A stretch of 64,000 nt of DNA. Source: Nitrospirota bacterium. Lineage in GTDB: Bacteria; Nitrospirota; UBA9217. The position numbers and the translations under genes are program-made. The stretch lies in the NCBI GenBank assembly GCA_963845065.1, contig CAWJQQ010000005.1, positions 224,001-288,000 of the forward strand, in the 5' to 3' direction. Below the pieces are notes generated by a model that worked only from the letters and a program-made list of their open reading frames with translations, had not been told where the DNA came from and ran no database searches. Positions 19,820 to 29,412 of this stretch are shown here, one piece after another (the first letter of the stretch is position 1; each line of letters opens with the position of its first letter).

Positions 19820-20533
19820 TCACACGATGTACCTATTGAACAAATAGGGCCCGTACTTTTTATCAATGCTCTTAATGTGCGCTGTCAGCCAGTTTTTCAG
19901 GAATTCTATCAGCTCCACTGCTGCCGTGGTCTTTCCCTCCTTGAGCCGATTCGCATATTCGAGCACCTGGTTTGTGAGCGCCGTATGCTTCACCTTATGG
20001 TCTAAATAGCCGGGGTAGCTGTGCCTTTGCATAAGGGCTTCTTCGTTAGCGAAGTGCTCCTTTATATATATACAACAAGCTCTGGCAGGAGGGTCTCGAC
20101 AGCATCCCTGCCGCATCCTACGGGCACCTTCACGCTCAGATAGTCCGAGCACGTTATCAGCCTGATCGGTCCGCTGGATGGCATCGATCCTGTGGATGCA
20201 TAAGGTTCGGCCATTGTTGGTGGGAACGACCGGATTGCAGCTGGCTCCGCGTAACAAGAAGGAGCGTCCATTGAAGGGGCTGTTTGCGCTTGCACGGTCT
20301 CTGATGAAAGCCTGAACCAGGCCGCTGTTTCATTGGGCTCGCTCGCCAGTCGTGAGAAGTCCGCGGCGGAGACCTTGATCTGTTCCGTGGAAGCGGAAGA
20401 GCTCATCGCAATCTCCCAAATGTTCTACATCTTCTGAGTGACCTGTTCGGTAGTAGCAGGTTGCTCTTCTGTAGCTGCTGCGATTCGTTGCACCATATCC
20501 ATTGCATTGGCCGAAGCTAGACGATGGTGTCGG
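19820..20533 (-). pseudogene. Remnant of an MCP-hemerythrin fusion gene
   Basis: MCP tail [34 protein letters not shown]...AAWFRL, then a linker, then hemerythrin LITCSDYLSVKV [deletion] GRDAV..LVVY /frameshift/ EHFANEE..HKVKH..WL..HI..DKKY. Confidence 0.85.
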
Positions 20534-20567
20534 ATCATGTTTCTCAAAGTTTGTCCTCAGCGCTATT

Positions 20568-21623
20568 TCAAACTGCGTTGATGATCTCTCCCGCCATCTC
20601 CTCAATGGCCAGCACCTTGTCCGCGATGCCTGCGTCCACTACGGCTCGGGGCATGCCATAGACTACGCAGGTTTCTTCGTTCTGAGCAAAGATTCTGCCA
20701 CCGGTCTGCTTGAGTGCGGTAAGACCTTTGACTCCGTCGCTGCCCATGCCTGTCAGGATAACTCCTAGCGCCCTGCCAGGGTAGCACTCGGCAATGGACT
20801 GCATAAGATAATCGACAGAAGGTCGGTAAATGAATTCCTCACGGTTTTCCGAAATGTTCACCACCGTCTCGAGTCCGCGGGGCCGAGACATGCGCATATG
20901 GCCGCGACCAGGCGCCACAAGCGCGACGCCAGGCTTGAGCGTTTCGCCTTCTTCGGCTTCCTTCACCGCGATTTGTGAGAGCTGGTTCAAGCGCTCGGCA
21001 AAGGGCTTGGTAAAGTTCGGTGGCATGTGTTGCGCGATCACGATGGGAACTGGGAAGTTCTTTGGCAGGCGGGGGATGATCTCCTGAATCGCACGTGGCC
21101 CTCCCGTGGAGGTGCCGATGGCCACTACGCTGACCCGCCGCGCGCCGGTAGAAAGCGCCGGCAATACTCTAGGCGTGTTGACAGGACGGCTGGCGGCCGT
21201 GCTTCGCCTCGCCCTTCTTGCCACGCCGCTTTTCGCTATCTGCTTAACCTTGTCGATCAGCAGCTCCTTGATTTTTACGATGTTGATTGAAAGTTCGGAC
21301 AGATTCTTGGGAATGAAATCAACGGCCCCGTAGTCCAGCGCATCGAGGGTAACATGGGCCCCTTCAGTTGTGAGCGAACTCACCATGACCACAGGCACCG
21401 GAGTCTTGTCCATGATGAGCCTGAGCGCCTCGAGTCCGTCCATGCGCGGCATTTCCACGTCCATAGTAACGATGTCCGGTTTGAGCAGCGCCGTTTTTTC
21501 AACTGCCTCTACACCGTCACGCGCCGTGCCGATCACCTTGATCTCGGGGTCAGAACTGAGCATGGTGGTGAGCGCGTTCCGCATGAACGCTGAATCATCT
21601 ACGATTAGTACTTTAATGGTCAT
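20568..21623 (-). CDS. cheB: Chemotaxis methylesterase CheB
   Basis: REC domain plus GTSTGGP, QHMP, RPSVD, LTGMGSDG. Confidence 0.98.
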   Translation of the reverse strand: MTIKVLIVDDSAFMRNALTTMLSSDPEIKVIGTARDGVEAVEKTALLKPDIVTMDVEMPRMDGLEALRLIMDKTPVPVVMVSSLTTEGAHVTLDALDYGAVDFIPKNLSELSINIVKIKELLIDKVKQIAKSGVARRARRSTAASRPVNTPRVLPALSTGARRVSVVAIGTSTGGPRAIQEIIPRLPKNFPVPIVIAQHMPPNFTKPFAERLNQLSQIAVKEAEEGETLKPGVALVAPGRGHMRMSRPRGLETVVNISENREEFIYRPSVDYLMQSIAECYPGRALGVILTGMGSDGVKGLTALKQTGGRIFAQNEETCVVYGMPRAVVDAGIADKVLAIEEMAGEIINAV

Positions 21624-21651
21624 GAATTTGCCTCATGATGCTAGCTTCCCC

Positions 21652-21885
21652 ATTCTGCCTTCATCCGAACGAGCAAATCGACGATACAGGCTGACAGGGC
21701 TTCCATTTCCGCATACAGATGCCATGCATTGCTAGTGTCGCCTACATTAGGCCGCGATAGTGTTCCTAGCCGTGGCATGTGTACACGCAGGGGGCTTCGT
21801 TACTGACCGATAACTTGCAAATCTGCCGAACAGTTCTCCCCCCCACTTTGTTGTCTCTCTTCACCACGCAGATTAAGTCCGTCAT
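21652..21885 (-). pseudogene. Eroded CZB (chemoreceptor zinc-binding) domain remnant
   Basis: C....GGELFGRFASYRSVTKPPACTHATARNTIAA* then, in a shifted frame, NVGDTSNAWHLYAEMEALSACIVDLLVRMKAE. Confidence 0.55.
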
Positions 21886-21902
21886 AAGAATCGGATTGCC
21901 TT

Positions 21903-22310
21903 TTATGCAATGCCCTTACGATTGAGGTAAGGTCCGTATTTTTTGTCTGTGTTCTGAATATGGTTAGAAAGCCAGTCTTTTAGAAAATTCATGACTTGGA
22001 CAGTTACAAGCATCCTGCCTTCCTGAAATTTGCTCTGGAGGTCCTCGACCTGCTTCGTCAGCTCATCATGCAGCGCCTTGTGGCTTAGGTATCCCGGATA
22101 CTCGTTCTTTCGCATGAGCTGCTCTTCTGCTGCGAAATGCGTCTTCGTGTAGTCAACCAACCGGACGAGAACCGGCCCTATGATTTCCTTCCCCTTACCC
22201 AAACCCATGGCCGAATGCAGGTCATTGATCATGTTGATGAGTTTTTTATGTTCCTCATCGAATTCCTTAATGTTAACACTGAGATCGTTACTCCACGTAA
22301 TGAGTGCCAT
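21903..22310 (-). CDS. Bacteriohemerythrin (canonical ligands)
   Basis: W...LSV...D.EH; HFAAEE; HKALH; WL..HIQNTD. Confidence 0.97.
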   Translation of the reverse strand: MALITWSNDLSVNIKEFDEEHKKLINMINDLHSAMGLGKGKEIIGPVLVRLVDYTKTHFAAEEQLMRKNEYPGYLSHKALHDELTKQVEDLQSKFQEGRMLVTVQVMNFLKDWLSNHIQNTDKKYGPYLNRKGIA

Positions 22311-22381
22311 ATGGTGACTCCCTTCGGATGTAATAAGTTCATGTTCGGAACAGATTCATAAAGAATAAATATTTATCGATT

Positions 22382-22786
22382 TCAAAATATGCCATTACTG
22401 TTGAAAAACGACGCGTATTTTTTATCGACAGACAAAATGTGTTTTGACAGCCAATCTTTTAAAAAGCCCATAATCTCAACAGTTGTCACCTTGCCCCCCT
22501 GATGTTTGGCAATATATTCCATGACCTGTTTGGTAAGTGCGTCATGTTCCAGCTTCTGGCTGCTATAACCAGGATAGCAGAGGGTCTGCATCAGCCTTTC
22601 CTCGTAGAATAAGTGGGTCTTTGTATAATCGGCAAGCCTATTCAAGATTGAGCCTACTGCTTCCTTACCCTTGCCGGACCGCATGGCCTCATGCAACTCA
22701 TTGACTAAATCGAACAGTTTCTGATGCTGTGAATCAAGATCTTTTACACTAACGCTTAGCTCATCGGTCCAGGTTATCAACGGCAT
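22382..22786 (-). CDS. Bacteriohemerythrin (variant, HxxxH replaced by QxxxH)
   Basis: DSQH; HLFYEE; QKLEH; HILSVD. Confidence 0.95.
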   Translation of the reverse strand: MPLITWTDELSVSVKDLDSQHQKLFDLVNELHEAMRSGKGKEAVGSILNRLADYTKTHLFYEERLMQTLCYPGYSSQKLEHDALTKQVMEYIAKHQGGKVTTVEIMGFLKDWLSKHILSVDKKYASFFNSNGIF

Positions 22787-22834
22787 ATATTCCTCCTTCC
22801 TTTCGCAACATGTGTATACCCGAATTGTACTCTG

Positions 22835-24031
22835 TCAGAACCCGAGATCTTTCAAGAGTTCATCAACGTCCTTCTGAGATACTTTTTCCACAACTGCTAC
22901 AGGTTCTTTTGCCCCCTCCATTTTAACGCCGAAAGACGTGACCAGACGAACGAGCTCGTTTTCTATATCATGGACTAGCGTGATGACCTTCTTGATCGTC
23001 TGGCCCGTAAGGTCCTGGAAAGACTGGGTCGTCAGGATTTCCGTAAGGTCATCTTCAAGGCCATTCTTGAATTCCTTCAAAAAAGTCACTGTTTCCAGTG
23101 GCCCTTCGATTTTCCGGATGTGCGTGGCAAGATCATCCATCGACAGAATATATTTTTCTACGACGCTCATGGTTCGGTTGGCGGCTTCTTCGGTTTTGTC
23201 GATCACGAACTGGAGCTTGTCGACGGCATTCGGGATTTCTGCCTGGGTTAGATCCTTTAAACGGGGGTCAACTGCCTCTTTAAAGCTAATGATGGCATCA
23301 TGCAGTTTTCGCGTGATTTTGCCGACTTCCTTGAACAGGTCTCCCTGGCCGAGCTTAACGATCTGCTGGATTGCCGCGTCAGCCCTCCCGTAATCATGCT
23401 CCGAGACTGCCGTCATGAAGTTCACGATATCATCAAGGATTTCTTGGCGTGGATCATCGGGGCTGATGCCTTTCGTCTTCTCGAAGTATGTTTTTGCGTT
23501 CCGGAGCTCCATAACACGAACCTCGCCCGCCATAGTCTGTATTGCGTGGGTCACCTGAATGCTACCGTTATCTCCCTCAGTACTTACTTCCATAGCCATA
23601 TCTTCAAGGAGACTCATATCATCAAGAGGGATCAATTTCTTTATGTCCAGAAGGACGATCAATCTGCCATCGAGCTTTGCGACACCTTCGACCTGGTCAA
23701 TATGTCCCTGGGGGAGGTTTTCAGGTGTTTCGATCGCCCCTTCATCGATACTGATGACACCCGTAATCCCGTCTACCAGAAGACCGAAAGTTATCCTGCC
23801 GCTTGCTATAACAATGATTTTGGTCCCACCGGCTTGCGTTGCCGGAACATTGATCAGTTTTTTCAGATCCACGACCGGAATTACGCTCCCGCGAAGATTT
23901 GTGATTCCATTCAGATACGGGGGCGACTGCGGCATTCTGGTGATCTCCGGGAGATTAATGATCTCACGAACCCTTGTAATCGGTATGCCGAACTCCCCTG
24001 TGTGCAGCTTAAATCCGATGTACTGTGGCAC
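22835..24031 (-). CDS. CheW-CheZ fusion protein
   Basis: N-terminal CheW (GITNLRGSVIPVVDL); C-terminal CheZ (TEEAANRT, QSFQDLTGQTIKKV, SQKDVDELLKDLGF); GTG start after AAGGAGG. Confidence 0.93.
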   Translation of the reverse strand: MPQYIGFKLHTGEFGIPITRVREIINLPEITRMPQSPPYLNGITNLRGSVIPVVDLKKLINVPATQAGGTKIIVIASGRITFGLLVDGITGVISIDEGAIETPENLPQGHIDQVEGVAKLDGRLIVLLDIKKLIPLDDMSLLEDMAMEVSTEGDNGSIQVTHAIQTMAGEVRVMELRNAKTYFEKTKGISPDDPRQEILDDIVNFMTAVSEHDYGRADAAIQQIVKLGQGDLFKEVGKITRKLHDAIISFKEAVDPRLKDLTQAEIPNAVDKLQFVIDKTEEAANRTMSVVEKYILSMDDLATHIRKIEGPLETVTFLKEFKNGLEDDLTEILTTQSFQDLTGQTIKKVITLVHDIENELVRLVTSFGVKMEGAKEPVAVVEKVSQKDVDELLKDLGF

Positions 24032-24041
24032 GATGGCCTCC

Positions 24042-25814
24042 TTATGAAACTTGTGCAAGGTTGTACAAATTCTTTGAGATGGCGGCGAGATCAAGGATGA
24101 AAACCACCTTGCCGTCGCCTGTTATGGTAGCTCCAAGTATGAACGACGATCCCGTATTGATCCCTGAGACTGTCTTTATCACAACTTCTTCCTGGCCCAA
24201 GAGTTCGTCGACGCCGATGCAGAACCGCTTTTCCCCGATGGCCACAACGACAGCATATTTGCAGCTGGTCTTAGCGACCCGTACGTCACCGATCGCACTT
24301 GAGAGAGCAAAGAGCGGATACACTTTACCCCTGATGATAAGCGCCTCAGTCCCCCCCATATCTGAAACGTCACCCTCGGACACGGTAAGTGTTTCTTCGA
24401 CTGGCGAAAGTGGTATCGCGTACCTCGCATTGCCGGAACGAACCATGAGGGTCTGGATGATGGCAAGGGTAAGGGGAATATGGATTGTGAAGGTGCTCCC
24501 TTTATCTTTGTGGGTAGCAATCTCAACTGTGCCGTTGAGCCTCGAAATGTTCGTTTTTACCACATCCATACCAACACCCCTGCCTGAGAGCTCCGTGGCC
24601 ACCTCGGCTGTAGAGAAGCCGGGATAGAAAATAAGGTTGATGGCGGCTTCATCCGTCATATGGACGGCTTCGTCTTCGGTGATGAGCTTTTTCTGAAGAG
24701 CTTTTACTTTTACTTTTTCGATATTGATTCCCCGTCCGTCGTCGGACACTTCGATAACGATCTGGTTGCCCCTTTGTGATGCGCTGATGGATATCGTGCC
24801 TTTTTCCGACTTCCCCTTTACAACGCGGTCCTTCGGCAGTTCGAGCCCGTGGTCGATGGCATTCCGGATGATGTGCACCATGGGGTCACCGATTTGTTCG
24901 ATCACCGATTTATCAACCTCGGTGTCCTCACCGGCCACCTTCAGGTCGACATATTTTCCCAGCGGACCAGCAAGATCGCGCACCAGGCGAGGAAATTTGC
25001 TAAAGACTTTCGCTATAGGTTGCATGCGCATTTTCATAACGCCGAGCTGCATGTCGGAGGTGATGAGATCGAGGAAGGAAACGGCCTCGAGCAGGCTTTG
25101 TACGTCGTGGTCGTCGCTGTACTGGTGCTCAAGCCGGCTCACAATATTCAGGAGCCTGTTTCTGACGAGAACGACCTCTCCAGTCAGGTCCATGACCTTG
25201 TCGATTTTGTTCACTTCGACACGGAGCGTCTGGAGTGACTCCGGCCTAGCCGAGGTCTCGCTCTGCTGGCCGATCTCAGCTATTGTGGTGTCATGCACAA
25301 ATGGTATTTCTGGGCTAGGCATCTTGGTCGCAGCAACTTTCTGCGGCTCAATCGGAATTGCAGCCGGCTCAGCCGACACGGCAGGAGCCACAGGCACAGC
25401 GGACGAAACTGCACTGGAAGCCGTAAGGGACTCTTCGAGTGCATGGTTAAGCTCCTGCACCAGGGCCGTTGTATTTTCCTGAGCGCCGTCCTTGTCTTTG
25501 ACGTGCTTGAGCAGGAGCCTTAGCATATCGACGCTCTTCAGGACCACGTCCATAAGCTGTCGGGAGACTTTAATGTCGCCGTCCCGAAGCTTCTTCATGA
25601 TGTTTTCGGCGCTGTGCGATACGTCCACCATGGAGTGGAAGCCGAGGAACCCGGCGGCACCCTTGATCGTATGAACGCTCCGGAACAGCCGGTTCAGGAT
25701 TTCTTTGTCGTCACCATTTGCCTCAAGCTCGATGAAGAGAGGATCGATCTTGTCGAGAGTCTCTTCCGATTCGGTAACAAATTCGGCAATTATTTCTTCC
25801 ATTTCATCAGGCAC
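24042..25814 (-). CDS. cheA: Chemotaxis histidine kinase CheA (no evident P2 domain)
   Basis: Hpt FRSVHTIKG; HIIRNAIDHG; SGRGVGMDVV; C-terminal CheW-like domain. Confidence 0.98.
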   Translation of the reverse strand: MPDEMEEIIAEFVTESEETLDKIDPLFIELEANGDDKEILNRLFRSVHTIKGAAGFLGFHSMVDVSHSAENIMKKLRDGDIKVSRQLMDVVLKSVDMLRLLLKHVKDKDGAQENTTALVQELNHALEESLTASSAVSSAVPVAPAVSAEPAAIPIEPQKVAATKMPSPEIPFVHDTTIAEIGQQSETSARPESLQTLRVEVNKIDKVMDLTGEVVLVRNRLLNIVSRLEHQYSDDHDVQSLLEAVSFLDLITSDMQLGVMKMRMQPIAKVFSKFPRLVRDLAGPLGKYVDLKVAGEDTEVDKSVIEQIGDPMVHIIRNAIDHGLELPKDRVVKGKSEKGTISISASQRGNQIVIEVSDDGRGINIEKVKVKALQKKLITEDEAVHMTDEAAINLIFYPGFSTAEVATELSGRGVGMDVVKTNISRLNGTVEIATHKDKGSTFTIHIPLTLAIIQTLMVRSGNARYAIPLSPVEETLTVSEGDVSDMGGTEALIIRGKVYPLFALSSAIGDVRVAKTSCKYAVVVAIGEKRFCIGVDELLGQEEVVIKTVSGINTGSSFILGATITGDGKVVFILDLAAISKNLYNLAQVS

Positions 25815-25871
25815 GTTACACCTCGTTTGTACTTTTGCACGATTGCAAGCAAAACGGCCAGCCGGCCGCGG

Positions 25872-26264
25872 TTATTTTTTGCCGAGCTTTTCGAATATCC
25901 TGTCCATTTTTTCCTTGAATATTTCCGCCGTAAAGGGCTTCACAACGTAGTTATTCACGCCAGCCTGGATCGCTGCAATGACCTTTTCCTTTTCCGCTTC
26001 CGCGGTCACCATCAGAAAGGGGACCTCTTTGAGTTGTGGATCCGTCCGCGTGGCCTTAAAAAAGTCGAGACCGTCCATGTTCGGCATGTTCCAGTCAGTC
26101 ACGACAAAACCGTAGCTGCTGTTTTTCATTTTTGCAAGCGCTTGAGCACCGTCCTCGGCCTCTTCGATATTCTCGAAGCCGAGTTGCTTCAAAACGTTTT
26201 TGACGATTCGCCGCATGGTCGAAAAATCATCAACCACCAGGATCTTCATCTTGTAGTCAGGCAT
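25872..26264 (-). CDS. cheY: Chemotaxis response regulator CheY
   Basis: [37 protein letters not shown]; start after GGAGG. Confidence 0.97.
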   Translation of the reverse strand: MPDYKMKILVVDDFSTMRRIVKNVLKQLGFENIEEAEDGAQALAKMKNSSYGFVVTDWNMPNMDGLDFFKATRTDPQLKEVPFLMVTAEAEKEKVIAAIQAGVNNYVVKPFTAEIFKEKMDRIFEKLGKK

Positions 26265-26649
26265 GTGAACCTCCTCCTTGCGCAAACATGTTTTTCAATA
26301 TATGTCGGATATGCTGGATTACCACTTCGGCGGTCACCGGCTTGACCAGGTATCCGTTGACGCCAACAGAGAATGCACGTTCACGTTCCTCGGGGTCCCC
26401 CTCGGTTGTTACCATCAAAATGGGGAGCTCGGCGCCTGTCGGGCCTGAACGCACACTCTTGACAAACTCAATGCCGTCCATATAGGGCATGTTGAGATCG
26501 CTGATGATCATATTGGGATTTTCTATGCCGAGTTTTTCGAGCCCATCGATGCCATTTTCCGCATAAGCTACCTCGTATCCCTTGGACCTCAGGAACAGTC
26601 CGAGCAGTTTTCGCGTTGTTGCATCATCATCCACGATCAGGATTTTCAT
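26257..26649 (-). CDS. Second single-domain response regulator (CheY-like)
   Basis: MKILIVDDD...[10 protein letters not shown]...MVTTE...YLVKP; start at 26649 abutting cheR stop. Confidence 0.92.
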   Translation of the reverse strand: MKILIVDDDATTRKLLGLFLRSKGYEVAYAENGIDGLEKLGIENPNMIISDLNMPYMDGIEFVKSVRSGPTGAELPILMVTTEGDPEERERAFSVGVNGYLVKPVTAEVVIQHIRHILKNMFAQGGGSHA

Positions 26650-26650
26650 A

Positions 26651-27469
26651 TCATACCCTCTGATAGGCAACAACTTTGTTGAATATGACCGGTTTAAACG
26701 CCCTCGTAACGTTATGGAGGCTTTCCGACGAACCGATAAAGAGGAAACCGCCAGGCCGTAGGCTGTCATACAGCAGAGAGACCGCCCTTTGTTTTGCTTT
26801 ATCGTCAAAATAGATCAGAACGTTCCGACAGAAAATAACGTCCATGGCCTGAAGTGTTCGCATTTTGCCTGGATCCATGAGATTGATGTTCATGAACCTG
26901 ACCAAGCTTTTAACCGACGCATCAAGCTCATGGGTCCAGCCGTTGCTGCGAAAGTATTTTTTTAAGAACGGCTCCGTCACGTTTCTCATGGAGTAGGAAC
27001 CATACACGGCTTTTTTTGCCGACTCCAGCACTTCGTTGCTGATATCGGAACCGACTATGTCGATACGTGTGCAGCCTTTTTTTTCCAGCAGCATCATGAC
27101 CAGCGTATATGCCTCTTCTCCTGTGGAACAAGCTGCAGACCAGATTCTGATGTCCCTGGACTTTTTTAGTTCTATCACCTGCGGGATTACCATATCAACG
27201 CAGACCGCTAACTGCTGCGGTTCTCGGAAAAAATAGGTCTCGTTTGTGGTAATGGCGTCGTACAGCTTCGAAAGTTCGTCGCCGTTGCTGCTGTATTTCA
27301 GCACGGAGAGATAGTCCTCGAAGGTGTTTAGATTTTTCTGTTGAAGACGCGTGATAAGTTTTTTTTCAACGAGATATTTTTTTGCATCGGAAATATAAAT
27401 CCCGCATTTCTCATAGATGAAATCCCTGATCTGTTTGAAGACTATATCCGGCAACACTGGGTTCAGCAT
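26651..27469 (-). CDS. cheR: Chemotaxis methyltransferase CheR
   Basis: TTNETYFFRE; IWSAACSTGEE; DVIFCRNVLIYFD. Confidence 0.98.
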   Translation of the reverse strand: MLNPVLPDIVFKQIRDFIYEKCGIYISDAKKYLVEKKLITRLQQKNLNTFEDYLSVLKYSSNGDELSKLYDAITTNETYFFREPQQLAVCVDMVIPQVIELKKSRDIRIWSAACSTGEEAYTLVMMLLEKKGCTRIDIVGSDISNEVLESAKKAVYGSYSMRNVTEPFLKKYFRSNGWTHELDASVKSLVRFMNINLMDPGKMRTLQAMDVIFCRNVLIYFDDKAKQRAVSLLYDSLRPGGFLFIGSSESLHNVTRAFKPVIFNKVVAYQRV

Positions 27470-29313
27470 AAACGCTCCAGTGCGCTTGCTACGCGTTGCC
27501 GTACAGCTTCATCGCAGTGGTCCCGGAGCACATTCAGTGTGGCCGAGTCTGCGCTGCCCAGCTGGACTAAAGCATCAATTGCCGAGAGAACCACGGGGAT
27601 TTCCTTGTCGGAGAGCAGAGGAATAACGGCCGTTGCCGCAGCCGGGTCCTGCGAGTCCCCCAGTGCCTTGACTGCATAGAGCCTCACCCACATATCGCCG
27701 TCCTCAAGCGACTGCTTGATGTCGTCGACCGAACATTGCAATGCACCCAGTGCCATAACGGCGGCCTTCCTCATTTCCGGGCCCCCTTTGGCAAGCGCCT
27801 CGGACAAACGCTTGTGCGCACGCTCATCCTGGACCCGCCCGAGACCAGTAAGCGCAGCGAGACAGATGCCGATCTCGGGGTCGCGGGACAGGGCAAGTAG
27901 GACATCAACATTCCCGGTATATCGTCCAATTATCTCTTTTACCATAGGTGAAAGGACGTTCAAGAAGGAGATAAGCCTTTCCGAATCGAGCGTCAGAAGA
28001 GCTTTGACCGTTTCTTCAAGTACATCCCGATAATTTTCGAGATTGAGGTGGCGGAAGAGACGGTCAAAAGACGATTGGTCGCCAATCCTGCCGAGAGCGG
28101 AAAGGGCCACATTGCGGACGTGACCATCGCGATCATCGATGCATTTCCTGAGTGCCTGAAGCGCTTCTTCGCCAGGCATTTCCGCGAGAGCGAGAATGGC
28201 GGATCGACGTACCTCGCGCAGGTCCCCATCCATAATGCGAATCAAAGAACGAACCGCTTCAGGGCACCGAAGTTCGGTGATGACTTCGATGGCAATTGTC
28301 TTTGCACGGAACCGCACCGCCGGATCGGCAAGGGATGCGATTAATGGGGGAGCACAACCAAAGCGGATAAGCGTTAGCTTCACTGCGGAGAGCCGATCTT
28401 CGCTTTCGGGGGCCGAGGGGTCAAGAGCGCCGGCACTGTCCAGAATGGCCGGTATGGCTTGCTCGTATTGCAGATCGGCAAGTCCTTTGAGTGCGAGGAG
28501 ACGATCGTCCCAGTCTCCCTTAATGAACAGTTCTATCAGCAGATCGGCAACCTCGGCCATGGCCGGAGTCATGCCAATTTGGACTAGGCTCTTGACGATA
28601 GCGGTTTTTTCAAAATCGTTTGCTTTCGGCAGGAGGCTGATCAGTGAATCAATCGCTCGGTTAGTGCCCATCTTGCCGAGCGTTTCGATCGCCGCGTATC
28701 TCGCCGTTTCTGAAGAACCTTGCAGGAGGGCCATTACCGGCTCTATGCATGCGTCGTCGTTGATATTGGCGAGGGATTCGAGGGCGGAAAAACAAACCCA
28801 CTCACTATCCTTGAGGGCGCCGATCAAGGCCTGAAGTCCGTCGCGGTATCCGAGTACTCCAAGTGCTTTGGCAGCGGAAGCTCTCACATTCTGGTTCGGG
28901 TCCGTCTCGAGCAAGCGTGTGATCTCTTCCGGATATTCGCAGGAGCCGATGTTCGTTATAAGGTCCACCGCGAAGGTCCTGATGTCGTCATCCTTATCAG
29001 CAAGCAGAGAACGTAGGAGCTGGACCGCGGGTTTGCCGATCTGGCTCAGAACAATGCGCGCAGTATTCCGGAGAAAAGGGCTTTCCCGCAGGAGCGGCAG
29101 TGTCATGTATGCTGTCACTTCGCCGCCAATGGCAATGAGGGAGCGCATAGCGGCGTCTTGCACGCCGGGGTTTTCGTCGCGGAGAGATCGGATGAGGGGG
29201 TAGATAGCCCGCTCATCTGCCGTAGCCAGTGTTTCTGCGGCTATACGCCGCTCTGATGGATCGGATGCCGCAAGGTCCCGGATTACTGTAGAAAGTTCTT
29301 CAGTTGCTTTCAT
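27463..29313 (-). CDS. HEAT-repeat (PBS lyase-like) protein heading the che operon
   Basis: Many VR..A..ALG repeats; overlaps cheR start. Confidence 0.92.
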   Translation of the reverse strand: MKATEELSTVIRDLAASDPSERRIAAETLATADERAIYPLIRSLRDENPGVQDAAMRSLIAIGGEVTAYMTLPLLRESPFLRNTARIVLSQIGKPAVQLLRSLLADKDDDIRTFAVDLITNIGSCEYPEEITRLLETDPNQNVRASAAKALGVLGYRDGLQALIGALKDSEWVCFSALESLANINDDACIEPVMALLQGSSETARYAAIETLGKMGTNRAIDSLISLLPKANDFEKTAIVKSLVQIGMTPAMAEVADLLIELFIKGDWDDRLLALKGLADLQYEQAIPAILDSAGALDPSAPESEDRLSAVKLTLIRFGCAPPLIASLADPAVRFRAKTIAIEVITELRCPEAVRSLIRIMDGDLREVRRSAILALAEMPGEEALQALRKCIDDRDGHVRNVALSALGRIGDQSSFDRLFRHLNLENYRDVLEETVKALLTLDSERLISFLNVLSPMVKEIIGRYTGNVDVLLALSRDPEIGICLAALTGLGRVQDERAHKRLSEALAKGGPEMRKAAVMALGALQCSVDDIKQSLEDGDMWVRLYAVKALGDSQDPAAATAVIPLLSDKEIPVVLSAIDALVQLGSADSATLNVLRDHCDEAVRQRVASALERLC

Positions 29314-29334
29314 TCATAGACCTCAGTATCGCTC

Positions 29335-29362
29335 TTATCGTCACAAAACGAATATTTCTTTA
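29335..29362 (-). promoter_or_regulatory. Probable sigma28 promoter of chemotaxis operon
   Basis: TAAAG...GACGATAA (TAAA-N16-GACGATAA) on minus strand. Confidence 0.65.
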
Positions 29363-29412
29363 GTCCGCGCAGGCCTGAAAAGAATCAGCAAGAGCGTGAG
29401 GAAATAACGGGA

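Noticed and set aside
19820..20257. 145-aa ORF as an intact hemerythrin
   Set aside because: The N-terminal half is out-of-frame sequence and the first His helix is deleted; treated as a pseudogene
26650..26808. Long N-terminal extensions in the ORF track (second RR, fliQ, fliN, fliH, MCP at 15082, CheW-CheZ at 24094)
   Set aside because: They overlap upstream genes or lack an RBS; better starts exist downstream
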